Source of the DNA: Gemmatimonadota bacterium
GTDB lineage: Bacteria; JBHIER01; G020348925
Direction: 5' to 3'
Length of the DNA stretch: 64,000 bases
Assembly (NCBI GenBank): GCA_020348925.1
Contig: CP070758.1
Span: 124,001-188,000, forward strand
The notes below the pieces were generated by a model. The model worked only from the letters and a program-made list of their open reading frames with translations. It made no database searches and was not told the DNA's origin. Made by a program: the position numbers and the translations under genes. Shown here one piece after another: positions 61,141 to 64,000 of the stretch. Position 1 is the first letter of the stretch; each line of letters begins with the position of its first letter.

Positions 61141-61917
61141 GTGCTGAATAAAATTCATCCAACCGCCATCGTCGATCCGAAAGCCGAGCTCGGAGCAAAG
61201 GTTGCCATCGGGCCGTGCACCCTTATCGAGGGTGACGTCACTATCGGAGACGGCACAAAGATCGGAGCCCACTGTGTCATCCTCGGCGGGACCCGGATTG
61301 GCCGTGACTGTAATATCCATCATCACGTCATCTTAGGCGATACGCCGCAGGATCTCAAATACAAAGGCGAACCAACGACGCTGGAGATAGGCGACCGGAA
61401 CATCATCCGAGAGTTCTGCTGTTTTCATCGGGGGACCAGGGAAAGCATGAAAACAGTGATCGGCAGCGATTGTTTTCTCATGGCCTATATCCATATTGCC
61501 CACGATTGCCGCATCGGGAATCATGTCATCCTCGCCAATGCTGTCAACATGGGGGGACACACTGAGATCCACGATTACGCCAATGTCGGGGGCGTCGTCG
61601 CCATCCACCAGTTCATCAAAATCGGATGCCACTCCATCACTGGGGGCGGTTATCGGGTGCCCAAAGACATCCCACCGTACATCAAGGCTGGCGGTTATCC
61701 TCTCAAGGTGATCGGGCTCAACCTGATCGGCCTCAAACGCCGCGGTTTTTCCGAGGAAACAATCCGTCATTTGAAAAAAGCACACCATATCCTTTTTCGA
61801 TCGAAGCTGAACGTCTCGCAGGCCGTACAGCGGTTGAAAGAACAGATCGAGCTCACCCAGGAGGTTCAGACAATCATCACCTTCATCGAACGAAGCGAGC
61901 GGGGTATCATACGATAA
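61141..61917 (+). CDS. lpxA: Acyl-ACP--UDP-N-acetylglucosamine O-acyltransferase
   Basis: IHPTAIVDP, PQDLKYKGE, HIAHDC, GLNLIGLKRRGF; GTG start after GAAGGAG. Confidence 0.95.
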   Translation: MLNKIHPTAIVDPKAELGAKVAIGPCTLIEGDVTIGDGTKIGAHCVILGGTRIGRDCNIHHHVILGDTPQDLKYKGEPTTLEIGDRNIIREFCCFHRGTRESMKTVIGSDCFLMAYIHIAHDCRIGNHVILANAVNMGGHTEIHDYANVGGVVAIHQFIKIGCHSITGGGYRVPKDIPPYIKAGGYPLKVIGLNLIGLKRRGFSEETIRHLKKAHHILFRSKLNVSQAVQRLKEQIELTQEVQTIITFIERSERGIIR

Positions 61918-62029
61918 CCGAGGATGGACCGTATCACACCGGGTATCCGTTTCAAAACCGCTGAGCATCGAGACGATCTTTGTCCGGTTTTTCACTATTT
62001 TTAAAATTAAAATTATACTGAGAAAGTAT

Positions 62030-62058
62030 TTGACATATTTATATGTATCGCCTATTTT
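62030..62058 (+). promoter_or_regulatory. Internal sigma70 promoter
   Basis: TTGACA-N17-TATTTT in the AT-rich lpxA-gfo gap. Confidence 0.55.
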
Positions 62059-62161
62059 AAATGACCTTATCATACGGAATTTCTTCGTCCTGGGCTTTTC
62101 TTCCGCGCAATGACAGGCACCAGCGAGAGACCAGGACCATGCGCACAGGATACAGTATTCG

Positions 62162-63178
62162 ATGACGAAAATAAAAGTTGGCGTCGTGGGTCTTGGCCAC
62201 TTGGGCCGCCATCACATCAGAATCTATTCAGAGCTCAAGGAGGCCGAGCTCATCGGCGGATATGATATCGATCGAGCATTGGCCGAGGAGCGGTGCGGTG
62301 CGCTGGGCACGGTACCATTTTCGAGTTACGAGGAACTCCTGAATGAGATCGATGCGCTGAATATCGTTGTGCCCACCGTCTCCCATTACGAAGTGGCACT
62401 GCCTGCTCTGAAGAGGGGGATCCATGTCCTCATTGAAAAACCCATCAGCCGCACAGTCGAGGAGGCCGACTCCCTCATTAAGGAGGCAAAAAAGCAGAAT
62501 TGTGTCCTGCAGGTCGGGCACATCGAACGGTTCAACAGGGCCATGCGGGCCGTGCGCAATCTGGACATCCAACCGCTGTTCATTGAATCCCAGCGGCTCG
62601 CTCCCTTCAATCCCCGAGGTACCGACGTCAGTGTTGTTCACGATCTCATGATTCACGATGTTGATATCGTTCTGAGTTTCGTCCGGAGTCCCCTCGAGCG
62701 GATCGATGCCGTCGGTGCCCGCGTGGTTTCCCGGCACGAAGATATCGCCAACGCCAGACTTCGCTTTAAAAACGGGTGTGTCGCCAATATCACCGCCAGC
62801 CGCATCGCCAGAAAGCGCATCCGTAAGATGAGGATCTTTCAGCACGACACCTACATCCATCTGGATTTCGCCGAAGGTCGGACAGAGCTGTTCCGTCTTA
62901 TCGACGGCGACACCGTTTCCCAAAACGAGGGCACCATCTGCCGTGAATTCGGACAGGTTGAGCTCGGAGCACAAGGAAAGCGGATCCTGCTCGAACACCC
63001 CGCGATCGAAGAGAATGGCGACGCCCTTACATTGGAATTGAAATCGTTTCTCCACGCCATCGGCACAGGCGGGCCTCCCCTTGTCTCCGGTGAGGACGGA
63101 CGCCAGGCCCTCGATGTTGTCCACAGAATCATTGAAGGGGCGCACGAGCATGCAGCCGATGTCCATAACCTCTTCTAA
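62162..63178 (+). CDS. Gfo/Idh/MocA oxidoreductase, probable UDP-GlcNAc 3-dehydrogenase (GnnA-like)
   Basis: GVVGLGHLGRHH, LIEKP, QVGHIERFN, DLMIHDVD; located between lpxA and lpxB. Confidence 0.85.
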   Translation: MTKIKVGVVGLGHLGRHHIRIYSELKEAELIGGYDIDRALAEERCGALGTVPFSSYEELLNEIDALNIVVPTVSHYEVALPALKRGIHVLIEKPISRTVEEADSLIKEAKKQNCVLQVGHIERFNRAMRAVRNLDIQPLFIESQRLAPFNPRGTDVSVVHDLMIHDVDIVLSFVRSPLERIDAVGARVVSRHEDIANARLRFKNGCVANITASRIARKRIRKMRIFQHDTYIHLDFAEGRTELFRLIDGDTVSQNEGTICREFGQVELGAQGKRILLEHPAIEENGDALTLELKSFLHAIGTGGPPLVSGEDGRQALDVVHRIIEGAHEHAADVHNLF

Positions 63179-63187
63179 TACAAAGGA

Positions 63188-64000
63188 ATGATGCCCTCCA
63201 TTCTCATTTCAGCCGGAGAAGTTTCAGGAGATCTTCACGGGGCTTTTCTGGTCCAAGAGATGCAAAGACACTCTCCCAACCTCCGGTTCTTCGGCATTGG
63301 CGGAAACGAGATGAAGGCCGCCGGCGTGGAATTGCGATATCACATCGACCGCATGGGCATCCTGGGCATCACAGAAGCTCTGAGACATCTCGGTTTTATC
63401 AGACGGGTCCTCAAGGAGCTTCGCGGTCAGATGGAGGAACGGCCTCCGGATTTGGTCATCCTCATCGACTACCCCGGATTCAACCTGCGGTTGGCCAAGA
63501 TTGCCTCGCAGCTGTCGGTTCCTGTTCTGTACTATATCGCACCCCAAGTCTGGGCCTGGGGTGCGCGGCGCATCAAGACCATCGCCCGCTACGTCGATAC
63601 CGTTGCCGTTATTCTCCCCTTCGAGAAGGAACTGTACACCAAGGCAGGTCTCGAGGCCGAGTTCGTCGGTCACCCACTCCTGGAGCGTCTCGACCCTCAC
63701 ATCGAAAAAACGGCGTTCATGGACCGATACGGCTTCGAGAACTCGAGGCCCATCGTCGGGCTTCTCCCCGGAAGTCGCTCCACGGAGATCCGACGACTGT
63801 TACCCGTTATGCTCGAAACTGCGAAGCGCATGAGGGCTGATCTCGACACGCTTCAGATTGCGTTAGCGACGGTACCTTCGACGAAAATGGACCGCATGAA
63901 CGAGATTCTTCATCGACACAACATGTCTGTTCCAGTCATCCAGGGAGCGACCCAGGCTGTAATCAACGCTTCCGATCTCCTCCTCATCGCCTCGGGGACG
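63188..64000 (+). CDS. lpxB: Lipid-A-disaccharide synthase (3' end outside window)
   Basis: ILISAGEVSGDLHG, IDYPGFNLRL, YYIAPQVWAWG, ILPFE, FVGHPL, LLPGSR, ASGT. Confidence 0.95.
   Translation, partial: MMPSILISAGEVSGDLHGAFLVQEMQRHSPNLRFFGIGGNEMKAAGVELRYHIDRMGILGITEALRHLGFIRRVLKELRGQMEERPPDLVILIDYPGFNLRLAKIASQLSVPVLYYIAPQVWAWGARRIKTIARYVDTVAVILPFEKELYTKAGLEAEFVGHPLLERLDPHIEKTAFMDRYGFENSRPIVGLLPGSRSTEIRRLLPVMLETAKRMRADLDTLQIALATVPSTKMDRMNEILHRHNMSVPVIQGATQAVINASDLLLIASGT

Overview
Bacterial genome window, probably a metagenome-assembled genome from an FCB-superphylum-like lineage. This is inferred from the fused LpxC-FabZ, FlgD/T9SS-like C-terminal sorting domains, dockerin/cohesin surface proteins and a TPR-kinase. 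Four 100-N gaps (16762-16861, 23274-23373, 44898-44997, 53262-53361) truncate genes on both sides, so the window is best read as five separate contigs. (1) 1-16761: mrdA end, rodA, lgt and comF, then a glycolysis operon with BOTH an archaeal-type (class II) GAPDH and a bacterial class I GAPDH carrying an unexplained ~220-aa C-terminal domain, plus fba, pgk, tpiA, secG and tRNA-Leu. A repeat-rich accessory zone follows, with a MITE, two paralogous promoter-to-terminator structured RNA candidates, hicBA and secreted proteins. (2) A giant DUF11-repeat/dockerin/cohesin surface protein. (3) Mixed metabolic and transport genes. (4) Npt-HEAT, cNMP-binding and response-regulator genes, and a secreted protein broken by one in-frame TAA. 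(5) Integron-like cassettes with attC sites, a Ser/Thr kinase broken by one in-frame TAG, tRNA-Ile2(CAU) and the lipid A operon. The top novelty candidates are the dual-GAPDH operon with its fused domain, the paralogous structured RNAs, the attC cluster and the MITE. All family assignments come from motif recognition by eye; no searches were run.
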